Positions 41,920 through 56,600 of a stretch of 64,000 nt of DNA are shown here, in pieces. The translations under genes and the position numbers were made by a program. Numbering within the stretch: position 1 is the stretch's first letter; each line of letters starts with the position of its first letter. The notes below the pieces were generated by a model. The model saw nothing but the letters and a program-made list of their open reading frames with translations, was not told the origin of the DNA and searched no databases. This DNA is from Trichoplax sp. H2 (lineage: Eukaryota), in NCBI GenBank assembly GCA_003344405.1, contig NOWV01000032.1:496001-560000 (forward strand), given 5' to 3'.

Positions 41920-42452
41920 CGTACTGTATGCACGGTTACAGTACAGTACAGTACCCGTGAACTGGACACATACTGTACAGTACAGTATAGCGTAAGGATA
42001 TGTACATTGTACAGTACACCCAGTCATTTCCTATGTGACATATCCAACAATGTAGCTGAAATAGCTCTACAGTATACCTTCATTATATATATATACAGTA
42101 TAACACTTGTCCAGACAAATTGGCCAAGTTTTAAGGAAATAAAACTACAGTACTAACTGCACAGTAAGTAAAATTGAAATCGTGATTGCGTCACGTCGGA
42201 AAAGCACAAAATAAACGGTTGTGAATGTACAGTACAGTACAGTAAATCAAAGCGGTCTTTGTACTGTACATTGTATACAGTATACTGTACTGTACAATGT
42301 ACTGTAGGCCGGGCCACGGTAATACAGTACAGTACTGTAAGGTTAAATACTGAACTGTACTGTACAGTACACCACTACAGCACAGTATAGTACAGCAATA
42401 ATATACAGTACTGTATAATTAATTAAACAAATTTACTGTGCTGTACAGTACA
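41920..42452. repeat. (CAGTA/TACTG)n array in the netrin/RALGPS divergent interval
   Basis: Many GTACAGTACAGTAC and TACTGTACTGTAC runs just upstream of RALGPS. Confidence 0.88.
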
Positions 42453-42770
42453 ATATCTGCCATTTTCAAACATGAATGAATAATAATAATTACTACAGAA
42501 CTAATGTTAGATCGATTTATCAAAATTGCCTTGGTATTTTCCTTGCTGCGGTATACTGTATCTCTCTTGATAGATGTTTAGCTCAATAAATTACAGTAAT
42601 TGATATTCTACAATATCGTAAGAACACCTATACTTGCAGTTCTATGTCCGATAGTATTATTCTTGTTGTACTTTAGTTATACTTTAGTTAAGTGCTAGTG
42701 TTTCCGACAATCGAAATTTGTAATGTAACGAGTTTGCAATGCCTTTGTAAACTTCTTTACTCCTCTTAAA

Positions 42771-45700
42771 ATGGCACGAAAACTCCGATACAAGCAATCT
42801 TTACCATTTGTTCTTCAAGATAGAAAGGTAGAAGACAATCCTTCGGAGCTTGACAACAGCGTACGTAATTACTTAAATCATTTAAGTAATTTCGACTCTA
42901 CCGTATGTATGTAGCATCAAAATAATGACTCGTATATTGGCATATATAGTTTTTGCATAGGAAAGATTGATTTACCGTTAATGAATATTTTACATAATAC
43001 TTGTAAATTCAAGCTTGATGTAAAATAATACATTAATCAATTATAATTTGGTGTATAACTTCCAGTATCATACTACTAGTAGTATTTTAGGTACATACTG
43101 TACAAAGCTTTAATATGTACGGTATATACAAATATCTCGAAAGCGGATAGCATTCTATGGAATGCTTCACTACTTAAGAGTATAAATGACTAAAAGCCAG
43201 TAAGGTTGCGTTCGGTCAAGAATGCAATAAACAGTATCTTTAGAATACTGACCTACCTTAGATATAGTATCAATTTATGTACAGTATGCTAAACTTTAAG
43301 TAAATGTAAATATAAACTTCGTAGGACAGTACAGTATAGCAAAATTGCAAATTTTACGGTCTCTAAAGCCATATAAGGGTACCGCACGTTATCCATTCAT
43401 TTAGATTATTCACAAATCTGCAAGTACAACACAAAAATATTAACGAAGGATACTACAATAGACAAGTGATTTCATATATTATCATGTCATGGTCTAACAT
43501 ACGCTGCTGTATCTTTTATATTCTCTCACTTCTTCTACAGCTATAGTACATCTTCACATAGTATTTTAAAAATTTTGTGTTTAGGAGTACACACGTAACA
43601 TTATATTAAATATAACGATAAATGTCTATTAATTTCTAGCTCTTGAAAAGCAAATATGATGGAATAGCATACGATTCAGTCGTTTTCGATATCCTCATGG
43701 AATCGCCCGAAAGACTTGCGGTATATTCGATCGTTGGCTAGATTAAATGTTTAAAAAAATAAAGCGTGCACGCTTGTACTTTATTGCGAAATGTGCATAT
43801 TCTTGATCTACATTCTGTACAAATAAGTTGCACATTCGTGTTACAGTATCTGGTGCACACTCTTATCTAATCCGATTTTCTCAGTAAATGAATATTTGTT
43901 GGAATTTGTCATTGTACTTATGAAATACGTACGGTGTATATACGTATGACTTACAGGCACAAATAACTTTACTCGATATTGGGACATTTAAACTAATTCT
44001 GCCAGAAGTAAGTAAATGCTCGGGTGCAATATTTTGCCGTTATACATCGTTTTATTTCTATATTATACGTAACAGATTCAGCCCAGATATATAACTTCAT
44101 GCCGATACTAATTAATAATTAATGAAAATGTGTGTGACCAGGAATTGCTAGGTTGTGCATGGACGAAAAGAGATAAGAAACTATATGCTCCTCACGTTAC
44201 TGCCATGACGCAACGATTTAATTCGGTAATTTCAACATTGAGAAAATTTTCTCAGATTTGATGGGATGTTAAATCTTTTTACTCCTCACGGATCATTCTG
44301 GATTGCCATCTTTTAAACAAATACTTGGCGACTTCATCGTAAGATATCTCGAAGATTGCTCACCTGATGATTTATTTCATTCTAGACATGCTTTTGGGTT
44401 CAAAACGAAATTCTTAGCAAGAAGAAAGCCAGGATTCGAGCTGAAGTTATCTGCTGGTTTACCAAACTTGCTAAGGTTTATATACATAAATACGATCCGT
44501 AGTGCTGTGTCCATATTCTGAAATAGTGTATACTGCAGTACAAGATGTTACTTTCCTAGAATTTAATACTATTATTTACAGTAATGGCATTGTCAGTAAT
44601 TTTAATATTTAATTAATTATATACGTTATCACAGAAACTCTTTGAATTAAATAATTTGCACGCATTAAAAGCAGTAGTTTCCGGATTGCAAAGCGCTCCT
44701 ATCTATCGACTGCATAGGACATGGACGGTACAATATATAGCACATATTGTGGATTGATTGTGATTGTTCGATAAAAGAAATCTGACTATAATACATATAT
44801 GTACATATATATTAGTTTATAACAAGGAAAGATAGAAGTGCTCTAGACAAACTGCTGGAATTATTAGCTGAACATCGGAATAAGTAAAGTCATTTTATTA
44901 CTCGTATTATGCTATAGTTTATACTGTACATAAGAATTTATGAGTACTGATTAAAGCTTTATATGTATTTATAGTGAAAAATTGCGAGAATACATGAAAA
45001 ATCTTCGAAACCCGGCGATTCCGTATCTTGGTGATACACATATTCTTATATACTGTATTGAGTATCTTACTGCTCAGTTTATAAATTGTACTGTATTATA
45101 CAGTATATATTTATGCATGAATATGAGTACTATTAGATTTGATACTGATACAATATAATCAATTTGCTCTTCAGTATACTGCAGATCAAGCTGTTACTAG
45201 CGCTTCATAGTATATAACCAAACCATAACGTGCACTTGATGAACTGAAATTTAATCTTATCAATTTGAACCATAGGGTTGTATTTAACTGATCTGATGTT
45301 TATTTACGCTGCATACAACAAACCTGCTAACGAGCTGGGAGAATCGGACAAGATATCCACGAAGGTTGGTTTTCATATAGTCGGATTGGTTGAGTCTTCG
45401 TGTAGTAGTAGCTCTGAAATTGCAAGATTGCTATGTATATTCTTTCACAAACGGTTTTAATCGATGTTATACCTAGATAAATAATATCATTAGGATCATC
45501 GCTTCATACCAAGATTCTAATTATGGTTCGTATATACATGTAAACTACAAAATAAGTACTTCTGCGTAACGCCTGTTAAGATTTGTATATGCAGATCTTA
45601 TTTAAATTGACTATTTTAAGTATACGATTTTCGCGGTTTTTATTTAGATACCATAGAAACCGTACCATACATACAAGAATACTTGAAGTCGTTTAAATAC

Positions 45701-48700
45701 ATAGAAGAACTTCAGAACTTCTTGGAAGCGGAATACTACAGGTACTGTACTGTACACATTCTAGTATATCATACGATCGATGCGGTATATTGCAGCGATG
45801 TGATCTCTATAAATACACGATAGATTGCTCTTTACTCTTGTTTCTCATCATTGCATGTCACGGATAGCATAAGTTTATTGTACTGTATCTGCACTCCCTC
45901 CCTCCCCCCCTGTTAACACAACATTAAAAACGTTCAATGATAGTATACGCAGGTACATATATAATGATCGTATTTTAAGATCTGATTAGTAAATTTGTAT
46001 GTATGTAGAATATTAATAATCATTAGAATCGTTTACTAGGTAATAACAAAAATTATCGTATGCGTTCTATGATGTATACTTTACTTTATTAAAACTGCTA
46101 ATGCATATCTTTTACGAAATTTATATTGTGAACATCAAGTCTTCACAGTATATAGGTTACATTTCCGTATGATATATCAGTTTTATTTATTACCAGGAAA
46201 TCTTTAGATCTTGAACCCGAACAGATCGAATCAGTCTCTGGCATCAATTGTGAAGGTTCGTCTCTGGTTAATTATATCAGCTGGTTTACGGTCGTGTAAA
46301 AAGCGCGATCTTTCTTATAGTTTCCTTAAAATTTAATTTAACTCAACAGCATCCCACCCTGGTCTCCAGGAAAATAAATTAGACTCAGAAGAGATGCGTG
46401 AAAAGGATACGACAATGTTAGAATATGTCTTTTTCTGTGAACACTAGCATGTACTGTATCTAAGAATAGTATGGAAACAGATGCATAGAAACTATTCAGA
46501 ATGAACAGCTGCATACAGTAAACAGTACACTATACTAATTTATGCAATCCTATTTAACAAATTGAATAGAACTGCAAATCTCAAACATCCGCTTGACGAT
46601 AGTATCCTTGCGGATCATAAACCCATAATCGGTATGAGTTTATATCCTAAAGACTTTATCAACTATAATGATATACTGTAGAGCTAGCTATATTGGCACA
46701 AAATACTATAGTTTTAATTAAAACTTTCTCGTTTCGGAAATACAGATAGCGACAAGAGTATTAACTCTATACTGGCTGATAAATTGTCCTATACTAGGTA
46801 AATTTGTTATTAATCGCATTCTCTACTAGATGGTAGTGGTTTTTATTTTAATTGTTGATAGCATATAAATTTACTTATTTAAAGTCTCCATTCGGCTTGT
46901 GATGCGCAAATTGTTTCTCCTTGGATGAATTTTTCAATGCAAGGCTGTTTACGGAAAATGACGTATCTTAAGCGTGGACAAAAGCTGCGAGTACGTTCTG
47001 TTAATAATTAGATTACCTTGAATTTATTTCTGTTCGTGTGTTGATACCGTAAGTAATAAATATAATGAATAGGTTACCCGCTGGAAAACTTATTGGGTTG
47101 CTCTTCTGTGGACAAAACTTTATTTTTATGAACGCAAATTTAATCGTTCAGGCAATGAGCGATCAGCTGTAAGTTAAATTTTGTGTAAAGAATTTTTACA
47201 ATCTCCCATGTTTTAAAGAATTTTTATCTTTTGATATTTATACGAAGTTTAAAAGTGAGTTTTGCAAGTGTTATGACATATCTGGGTGGCTAATGGTACT
47301 AGGCGATTATCATAGTCCACACATGATATATTTATGTAATATTGAAGAAGGTACTTACGAAATTACGAAATACTGTTAACGAGTTTTCACTGAAATAGTA
47401 TTCTTCTCTTCAGAGCTACATAGGCCTACAGATTTACAGTCTATTGAATGCTTCTACCATTAATAGGTAATAAATATAAGTTAGATGCGAAAACGGCTGA
47501 AAATTCTTCTATATGGCTTAGATTTTTGCTTGACGCTTCTACTAAGCAAAATTTTAAGAACGTGCAGGTACAGCTAAACGATTAAAAAAAATACGTTAGG
47601 AATTTTGAATTTGGAGATTTAAGAAGATATTTTGTTACAAAATAAAACACGGATAACTGCTTCAATTTTACTGAAAATCTTTCCTATAAATAGCTAGTGT
47701 GTCAAATTTATTACTAGGGACTATACAGATAATTCCAAATAATAATCATAAGAGTTATCCTACTTATTTTAGTGCTATCGATAAAAGGGTTGTATTTATA
47801 GTCACGTTACCGTAGACTTCGATAGTTAATGGTCTATATTGCCTTCCTAGTTTACCTTTTTATTTTGACAGTAATTCAGTATCGAACGAATTACTGTTAG
47901 ACTAATAAGAAAGTTTTCGTTACGTAATGTGTACCTGTAAATAATTATAAATGATTGTATTTTCGCGCGCTATAGCTCATCANNNNNNNNNNNNNNNNNN
48001 NNCCATGTTTTAAAGAATTTTTATCTTTTGATATTTATACGAAGTTTAAAAGTGAGTTTTGCAAGTGTTATGACATATCTGGGTGGCTAATGGTACTAGG
48101 CGATTATCATAGTCCACACATGATATATTTATGTAATATTGAAGAAGGTACTTACGAAATTACGAAATACTATTAACGAGTGAAATAGTATTCTTCTCTT
48201 CAGAGCTACATAGGCCTACAGATTTACAGTCTATTGAATACTTCTACCATTAATAGGTAATAAATATAAGTTAGATGCGAAAACGGCTGAAAATTCTTCT
48301 ATATGGCTTAGATTTTTGCTTGACGCTTCTACTAAGCAAAATTTTAAGAACGTGCAGGTACAGCTAAACGATTAAAAAAAATACGTTAGGAATTTTGAAT
48401 TTGGAGATTTAAGAAGATATTTTGTTACAAAATAAAACACGGATAACTGCTTCAATTTTACTGAAAATCTTTCCTATAAATAGCTAGTGTGTCAAATTTA
48501 TTACTAGGACTATACAGATAATTCCAAATAATAATCATAAGAGTTATCCTACTTATTTTAGTGCTATCGATAAAAGGGTTGTATTTATAGTCACGTTACC
48601 GTAGACTTCGATAGTCGAAAATTCCATTTCCAACGTTTTAAAACTGTATTTACAAATTCTAGGCCATTTTGGTTTAAAAAAATGATTAAATACCTATAAT

Positions 48701-49213
48701 TTGTTCCTTTTTACTTTCTATCGTTAATCGTCTATATTGCCTTCCTAGTTTACCTTTTTATTTTGACAGTAATTCAGTATCGAACGAATTACGGTTAGAC
48801 TAATAAAAAAGTTTTCGTTACGTAATGTGTACCTGTAAATAATTATAAATGATTGTATTTTCGCGCGCTATAGCTCATCAAAAAATTTCTTTTTTTCATA
48901 TGCAGTATGGTAATGTAAACGGTTATTATTTTACTGAAATCTGTTTTATTTGATGTCCAGTTTTCTGGTAATAGCCAAACTCCTTTTCGAAATTTGAGAT
49001 TGAGTTATTTAGTTTATACGCAATCAAGTCACTTACGTTAACTCTTACCTTAACTCTAGTTAAGGTAAATGATTTGATTAGAGTAGATTTTCAGGTTGCC
49101 AGAGTAAATATTTACAATTTGCAAATCACTTTGATTTAAAGATTCACGGCAATAAAAGTGCTAAGCTAACCTTCTCTTTCCAGGGACCTAGCAATTTGAT
49201 GTCGTTCGAATGA
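42771..49213 (+). CDS. RALGPS1: Ral GEF with CDC25 and PH domains
   Basis: [10 protein letters not shown]...AQITLLD...[12 protein letters not shown]...[65 protein letters not shown] domain MQGCLRK...RWKTYWVAL...GNKYK, and terminal exon 49184-49213 GPSNLMSFE* (compare RALGPS C-terminal NLMSFE). Single pro-orthologue of RALGPS1/2. The 3' exons are duplicated across assembly gaps. Confidence 0.92.
47206..48880 (+). repeat. Near-identical duplication (47206-47982 vs 48003-48880) around an N gap
   Basis: Same sequence on both sides of N at 47983-48002, differing by SNPs, a 7-nt indel and a ~108-nt insertion. Confidence 0.9.
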
Positions 49214-50237
49214 TCCCTTGTGCCAGCTGCCATCGGAGTGGAAAAATAGTGTCTTCTATAAATTCGATCGAGTCTTACACTGAGACATTTCAAAGTAATG
49301 TTACAATTCAATATAAAATTTTTAAATGATTCACGGATGAAAAGTTTACCTAATCGTTCCTTTAGTGTATGTAAAATTTTTGAGCGATTCACGGATGAAA
49401 AGTTTGTCTAATCGTTCCTTTAGCGTACAATACATATTCATTTTCTTACGGTTACGTAAGTACCTGCCGCAATATTACCATAAGTGCTTGATCAACGAGG
49501 TCGTGTAATAAAACTTGCGTAATCAATATATATGTATATATATATATATAGCATATACCAATAATCGAAATTTTTCTTTGAACTACCGATATGTATACTG
49601 TAGAAGACTTGAAATCGCTGGGATTAATATTTATTTGTATTTATTTTATGGACTAGTGTCCGTTTATATTTCCAGAGTAATTGTACTNNNNNNNNNNNNN
49701 NNNNNNNATTTTCAGGTTGCCAGAGTAAATATTTACAATTTTCAAATCACTTTGATTTAAAGATTCACGGCAATAAAAGTGCTAAGCTAACCTTCTCTTT
49801 CCAGGGACCTAGCAATTTGATGTCGTTCGAATGATCCCTTGTGCCAGCTGCCATCGGAGTGGAAAAATAGTGTCTTCTTTAAATTAAATTCGATCGAGTC
49901 TTTTACACTGAGACATTTTAAAATTTTTGAGCGATTCACGGATGAAAAGTTTGTCTAATCGTTCCTTTTAGCATACAATACATATTCATTTTCTTACGTT
50001 ACGTAAGTACCTGCCGCAATATTACCATAAGTGCTTGATCAACGAGGTCGTGTAATAAAACTTGCGCAATCAATATATATGTATGTATATATGTATATAT
50101 AGCATATACCAATAATCGAAATTTTTCTTTGACCTACCGATATGTATACTGTAGAAGACTTGAAATTGCTGGGATTAATATTTATTTGTATTTATTTTCT
50201 GGATTAGTGTCCGTTTATATTTCCAGAGTAATTGTAC
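49088..50237 (+). repeat. Near-identical duplication (49088-49687 vs 49708-50237) around a second N gap
   Basis: Both copies contain the RALGPS terminal exon (49184-49213 and 49805-49834). Copy 1 has an extra ~59-nt tandem unit (GATTCACGGATGAAAAGTTT...CCTTTAG). Confidence 0.9.
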
Positions 50238-53200
50238 TTCGTTGTCTTTGCAATATTCAAAACGTTGCGATGGAAACGAAGTTATTATTATTAATAAAAT
50301 TGATCTTTAAAAGTTTAGAGATTCGTACATTTTTAGAAATGAACTAAAACTTAGATTTTAGCTCTTGATAATAATAATTTATATAAAAATTTTCATGAAA
50401 TACTTGCTGTGTGACTTTAATATTTCAAATCTGCTCAAGTTCAGCAATTAAATCATAAATCGGTGTATTTATTTTTATCTGTAATGAACATGCTTTACTT
50501 CTGTTGGGTAGTTCAAACAACTCGACAGCGGATACAGTCTTTTTTAATTTTATATTGCTGTAAAACTACTTTAAAAAATAATAAAATTGAGTTCTTTAAC
50601 TAACTCTATAACACCAACTACTATTAATTACTACATCTAATCTGACGAACACTTCTATCAGTCGTGATTCTTAATCATAAAACGAAGATTAGAGTCTCTA
50701 ATTTCGATTTAACACGTAAAATGAACGTTGAGAAGTTTACAGTATATTGTTAAAATTTAAAGAAAAATTTACATACTGTCATATATAAACATTACGAGCT
50801 AATTTCTCAAGGTTGTGATGCTCTGTCTAAGAAGAATTTAAGGTAAATTTAAAGGTATACTTCTAAATATTTCTCGTATATTTAAGATGCCCCCCGATGA
50901 ACAGTATTATACCACACGCTCTTTAATTTCGGTCTATATAGGAAGATCAAAATTTAAAAATGATTATCATTAATAAGAAACTAGGCCCAAACTAAACAAA
51001 ATTGTAATAAAACTGTTGAAGAAATTAAAACAAAGAATTTTAAAATAATTTATACCAAGACAGTTTAATTATTGAAGTGCGTTGCGTGCTTACATATATT
51101 TTTCGTAACCTTTGCAGCTGCAATAACCATGATAGCATTCTAACCTTATTTTATAATTAATTAGACTGTTCTTAATAGAAATTTTTATAGCAAACGATTA
51201 GTGCTCTAAGTCGATAGTTATTATTGATCACTCTATTGCATCTGCTTATCCGTACATTAAAGTAGAATCAGCAAATAATCTAGCTAAAGTATAGACTAGC
51301 AAATATGAATTACGTATTTAAATTCTTACTTTCTTTTACTTTACTAATCTGGTTATCTCCATCTAATAGAAAATCTTGAGCGAAAGTTATATAACGCTAC
51401 TATTTCTATGTGCTACTGAATTAAGTATTCCTTATAGAACTCTAAAATAAAAGCTACATAAATCTTACCACGATGTCAAGTTATGTTATTTTTTATCACT
51501 TTTCTCATTAAGCATGAATATACTTAATTTTACTGTTACTAGATTAATTACATTTACAATTTCTATATTTGCTCTTGCGATTTCTTGTAAAAATAGCTGT
51601 TAAATTATGGTTTTATCTTTATTTAACAATAATTAATGAAATATAAACTTTATGATGGACATGTACATATATTTGATAACAGTGGAAAGCTAAGAATTCT
51701 TACAACTATTGTCAAGTTTCAAGTATATTTTATTACCTTCCTTGATACCATTAATAAAAATTGAAATACTCTCCAATTGAGCATTCTATTGCTTGATTTT
51801 AATTGCAATAATGCACTGCAAATCTCGCAAGAAAACTAAATTAAATTTACAGAGATGAAAGCTTGAATTGGTTTCGGGCTTTAAAATCAGTTAAGCTATA
51901 AATAGGACTAGCTTCATCGTTTCGAAAGCTTTTACAGGCTTTTAAAATTTACTGCATTAAAACTGATAAATCACAGAAAAATTTAAAAAAATATTGAATT
52001 GGTTATAGAGAGTATTACATTTATCCTTTTTTCTTGAATGATTGAAGGTCTATTGTTAAACTAGATTTGATTTATAATTCTACCTGATCTAAAGTGCATG
52101 TAGCTTACGTATTAGCAATTGCTAATTGAAACATTGAAACATTGAAAGTTAAATTAATCCTAATCAGGTATTGTTTTAACAAATAGTTATTATATTATTA
52201 CAGGATTACCAAAATTATCTTTTTCGATTTTATATCCGAAATTCTTATTTTACTATTCTACTCATTATTACGCTAGTTTAAATTTAGTAAATGGTGTTTC
52301 GACGAATCAGAAACTTCTTGGTCCTGAATAAGTTAAGAATCTGTCAAATTATCTTTTGTGTCAGACAATTAAGGCCGGATTACAGTGTTCCCTGATACTT
52401 TATATTTTCGTAATGGATGCCAAGGCCTTACATATTTTGAGTTAGCAGTAAATATTTTTTACATAAGGATGATTGCCAAAGGTCATTCAAGACACATAAT
52501 AATATACGCAAATTTATTAATCTGTTATTTAAAATACTTTTTAATGTTTAAAATTATACATGAGAATTTATTTTGTCTCCTCATTTACGGTATCAAAACG
52601 TACAATATCTATTTGTTTACGAAAAAATCCGTGTAAGCAAAAAATGAATTTGATTACTTTCTTATTACGATTACAATTATTGACCCAGTTCTATCCAAAT
52701 TCAGTAGGTACAGTGTTCACCTGATCTCTTACTCCCTCACTTTACTAGTCAGCAGCGGTGTCATATCTTAAACTTCTATATTAGTATGGCCGGTGCCACA
52801 ACAAATCATGGTTAATGCAGTGGTTTTAATAAACGTGTTATAATTTTTATTTCCATCTTATATATATATATGAGTTAGTATGCAAATAATGTGTACCATT
52901 CATTATTTATTAAACAATTGGCAGCTGTAACTTGTCGACACAACAAATATGTTAAGAATGTATATATGTCCCTAGACTGTAATAATTGAGGACAATTTAT
53001 CGCCGTACAATGTGATAGTGGTATAGGATGGAAACTTTATACTTCAATATAGATTTGATATCACGAGGGTGAATTTGCAGCGTTCACGTAAAATTACACG
53101 TAAAATTAATCTAATAGAGTGAATAAAGTATCTATTTTGCGATCCCAAGCTAGGATGTAATATATAATACAGCGTAAAATTAACTTATTGCGGTAAATTA

Positions 53201-53602
53201 TCCAGTTTGGTGTTGCAAACATTTTTATTGGTATAATTTTATTGTTCATAGTTACTTGAAATGATCGATAAAGTAAAATTTGTAGTCACAATTAAGCACA
53301 TGAAACGAAGTATAGTTTTTTTTCATTAATTCTTTGAGCTTTCGTAAGCTCTGTAATTCTCTGAATTGTTTTGAAAATTCTATCTTAACAAAACTTTAGA
53401 ATAGTACAAAAATTTAACATTTCGCAGTTCAATAATGCATACAATTAAAACTGACTAGAATGATCTACAGTTTCACATAGTACAAAACAGCCTTTAACAT
53501 CCTTATGGCAGTTCACATTTATTTACTATCGCATAAACCTAATATAATTAATTGGCATGTACAGGAAATTTAAGCGGACAGCTTTCAGTTAGAAACTCCG
53601 TA

Positions 53603-56600
53603 TCAATGGTTTCCTGCTAGTCTTTGCTTGTTATATGTAATAGAAGGACTCTTTAAATAGCTTTGGTTAGAACCTTTACTGCTAGATTTTAATAGCGAGT
53701 CTAGAAGTTGTCCAATTCTCTTTAATCTAGATCCAAATTAATGAATATTAGCTTTCTTAGATTTTTTTTCTTTGCTGTAAAATTTAGTTCTTACTGTTGC
53801 TTGTGATTAGACAGTTCTTCCTGAATATCGCGCAGTTGTTCAGATTGTTTTTCGAACGATTCTGCTTTATGTTTCTCCGTTGTTACGCCTTCATGTAACA
53901 TTGTTTCTAGCTAATAAATAACATTGGCGTTACTTTCTAGAATGGAATCTATTCACAGTAGCAACAAAATCTGGATACAGAGAAAATGCTTCTTACACCT
54001 ACCACAGCCCAGAAACGATTTTGATGATGTATTGCATTTTCTACATGACAGTATTTTCGAAATCTGTACGGAAATGATCGTTCTAAGTCATCGAGAAATT
54101 CAACCTGAATTGTAAGCCTTTTCAGGCTAGCTTCTTTTTGCACTCTATCTATGTCCCCAATAGCTAGGCCAATCTTAAAAAAATTATTCACGTAGTAACA
54201 TATAGTTATACAGCTTTTTTAGTTGAAACTTGTCCGTGGAAAACGAAACTTACCATCAAATTCATTACCAATATTGGCATTAAAAACATGAAAACGACAA
54301 GCATAATCAGAACCATGATACCATGAGGATATTTTATTCTACCGCTCTCAATTCCATCAATAAACACACTACGATAGTCAATTTCCCCGATCATCATATC
54401 AAGGACTTTGATCCATGCAATTGGAACATTGAAAAGGACACTCTGCAAATTATCGTATTCTTTAAATTTCAATATTAACATGAGATAACATTACCGGTAT
54501 TGTTAATACCTCATTCGGTGCAAGCATATAAAAACTAAGAGCAAATCCTTGAATTAGAGAGAATACCACTAGAACAACCTATATGCATAAAGATTTGTTT
54601 TCTATTACGTTTAGAGATCCATTATAATTTCAAGTTAACGCTCATCAGTAAATTCTTACCTTCAAGATAGTTATAAGCATGGATTTTAACATTAGTACGT
54701 AAATTCCAAATATTTCCATTCTGCATAATAAAATAATTTCACATTAATATTAGGCTTCCCTATGAAATTGTTGTCATAATATAGATTTTTTAAAGCACCT
54801 TTGAAATTGCATTACAAGGGCGAAATACGCTAAAAAGATGGTTATGCTTCCAACAGTCCATTGAACGTAATCGTTTGCATGATTCATAGTGGACATAAAG
54901 AATATTGCGCTACCGTAAAGTAAAAGTTCAAAATAGCTACCTAAAGAAGCGAAATAGCGAAGTCGCTTTATCGCGAAAAGTGAATGAATTGTTGATTAGA
55001 ATTTCTACAGCATCGGGTACAAATACATTCATGACAGTTTCTCACCTGGCGCATCATCTGGTAAACTTCCTTAGTTAAATTAACAGATGCTAGGATTATG
55101 ACCAGAATTCGATAGCCATTACTTCTCTAATTTATTTTTTAAAGAAAACATAACTCGATGCATTAATAGATTGCACGAATTTTTAAATTATGTAATCGCT
55201 AAAGATCCCGTAATTTATCCAAACTACGAAACATAGTGACAGTATCTAACAGTTGCTGCTCAACCAACCTGTTTATCCAGCTCGTAATCGGTAACATTTT
55301 GAGACGATCGATTTACATCAAGGGGATTAATTAATCCAATAAATTTACCGTTTTGGTACCGAAGTTCAGGAGGTGGTTGAATGTTCAAAATGTATGAAGT
55401 TAGGCCAAATACAAAGAGCAGGTATAAAACAAGATTCAAATAAAATACGTATGAACCAATTCGATTCCTATGTACGGGATTGTGAACGATTAATTGTTAA
55501 AAAATAATTCTTCTGTTATTGAAAAGCTCATAATTCCTACCATTTTACATCTAGTAACTTTTTCGTTAATTCATGTTTTAGCAAGTTGGTTCTTTTATAG
55601 TGTATCATTGTCTTTTTTTATATAAAACAAATTTTGTCGTTCATATGTCTGTAATGAGAATCTAGATCATGAGAGCACTTAAAAATTAATCGTAGACCTG
55701 TAAAGCATTATTATTCAGGTAGATGCCGTCCTTTCTGTGTTCGAGCTCGAAACTTGGTCCAGGATCTAGCAAGGTAAAATCATAACTGACCTAGATTGAA
55801 TGTTTTAGAATAAAAGTAGATATAATATTATTATACTACTATTAATAAATGGAGTTGCGCTTTTACAAGGAATAAGGCATTTATTTACATGTTTGTTTGT
55901 GGATTTTGGATCTTCAACTATGTCATGCTGTATACAGGAACTCATAACAGTCTAATTTTATAACATAGAACAGTGGACAAGTAGATAAATAAAATCTCTT
56001 TTAATTAATTGGCTAACAATTGCTGTTAAAATAGTTCATAAATAGGCGCTATTTTACCATACTCATCCCGTATATTAATACCCTACCTCCGCAACTTCTG
56101 GAAGTTTTCTAATCAAGTTTTGCATCACAGTTCTTCCTTGCTCATCAACTCTCCTCATGATTAGATCACGTTTTCCTCTAAAAAAGTTTCGTACAAAGGT
56201 TATGGATAATGTCATCTAACCTGAATGCTTTCATCATATCAGCATATCATATCATATCAGCATATTGTGCTTCAAAATTATATTAATATTATTTAGAATA
56301 TGAAGTTCTTACTGTTTGTGAGTCACTATAACCATTGCAGCATCTTTTCTCATATTTTCAATGGCTATATCTAAGCAAGTCCTATCTTCATTATTTACAA
56401 AACTGACTTCAGCGCCGTGATCCAATAATAACTTGATAGAATTTGCATGTCCTGTTGCCGCTGCAATGTGCAATGCAGTTTCCTACCCGAAGAGCGATAA
56501 GACATATTAAACAACCCAGTGTAATTGCAACTAACTAAACTATAATGATAGGATTTACTCCATGAAAATTTATCGAGTTCACGGACGCTCTACTATTCAA

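Noticed and set aside
49144..49392. Minus-strand ORF ...[21 protein letters not shown] as a separate gene
   Set aside because: It is the antisense of the RALGPS terminal exon (GPSNLMSFE*).
50264..50277. X-box-like GTTGCGATGGAAAC
   Set aside because: It is imperfect and lies downstream of the RALGPS stop in a convergent interval with no nearby gene start.
50300..53550. 3-kb very AT-rich stretch as a hidden gene
   Set aside because: I found no recognisable exons. It is consistent with 3' UTRs or intergenic DNA between convergent RALGPS and TRPA.
56232..56266. (CATAT/CATATCAG) short tandem repeat in a TRPA intron
   Set aside because: Ordinary slippage microsatellite.
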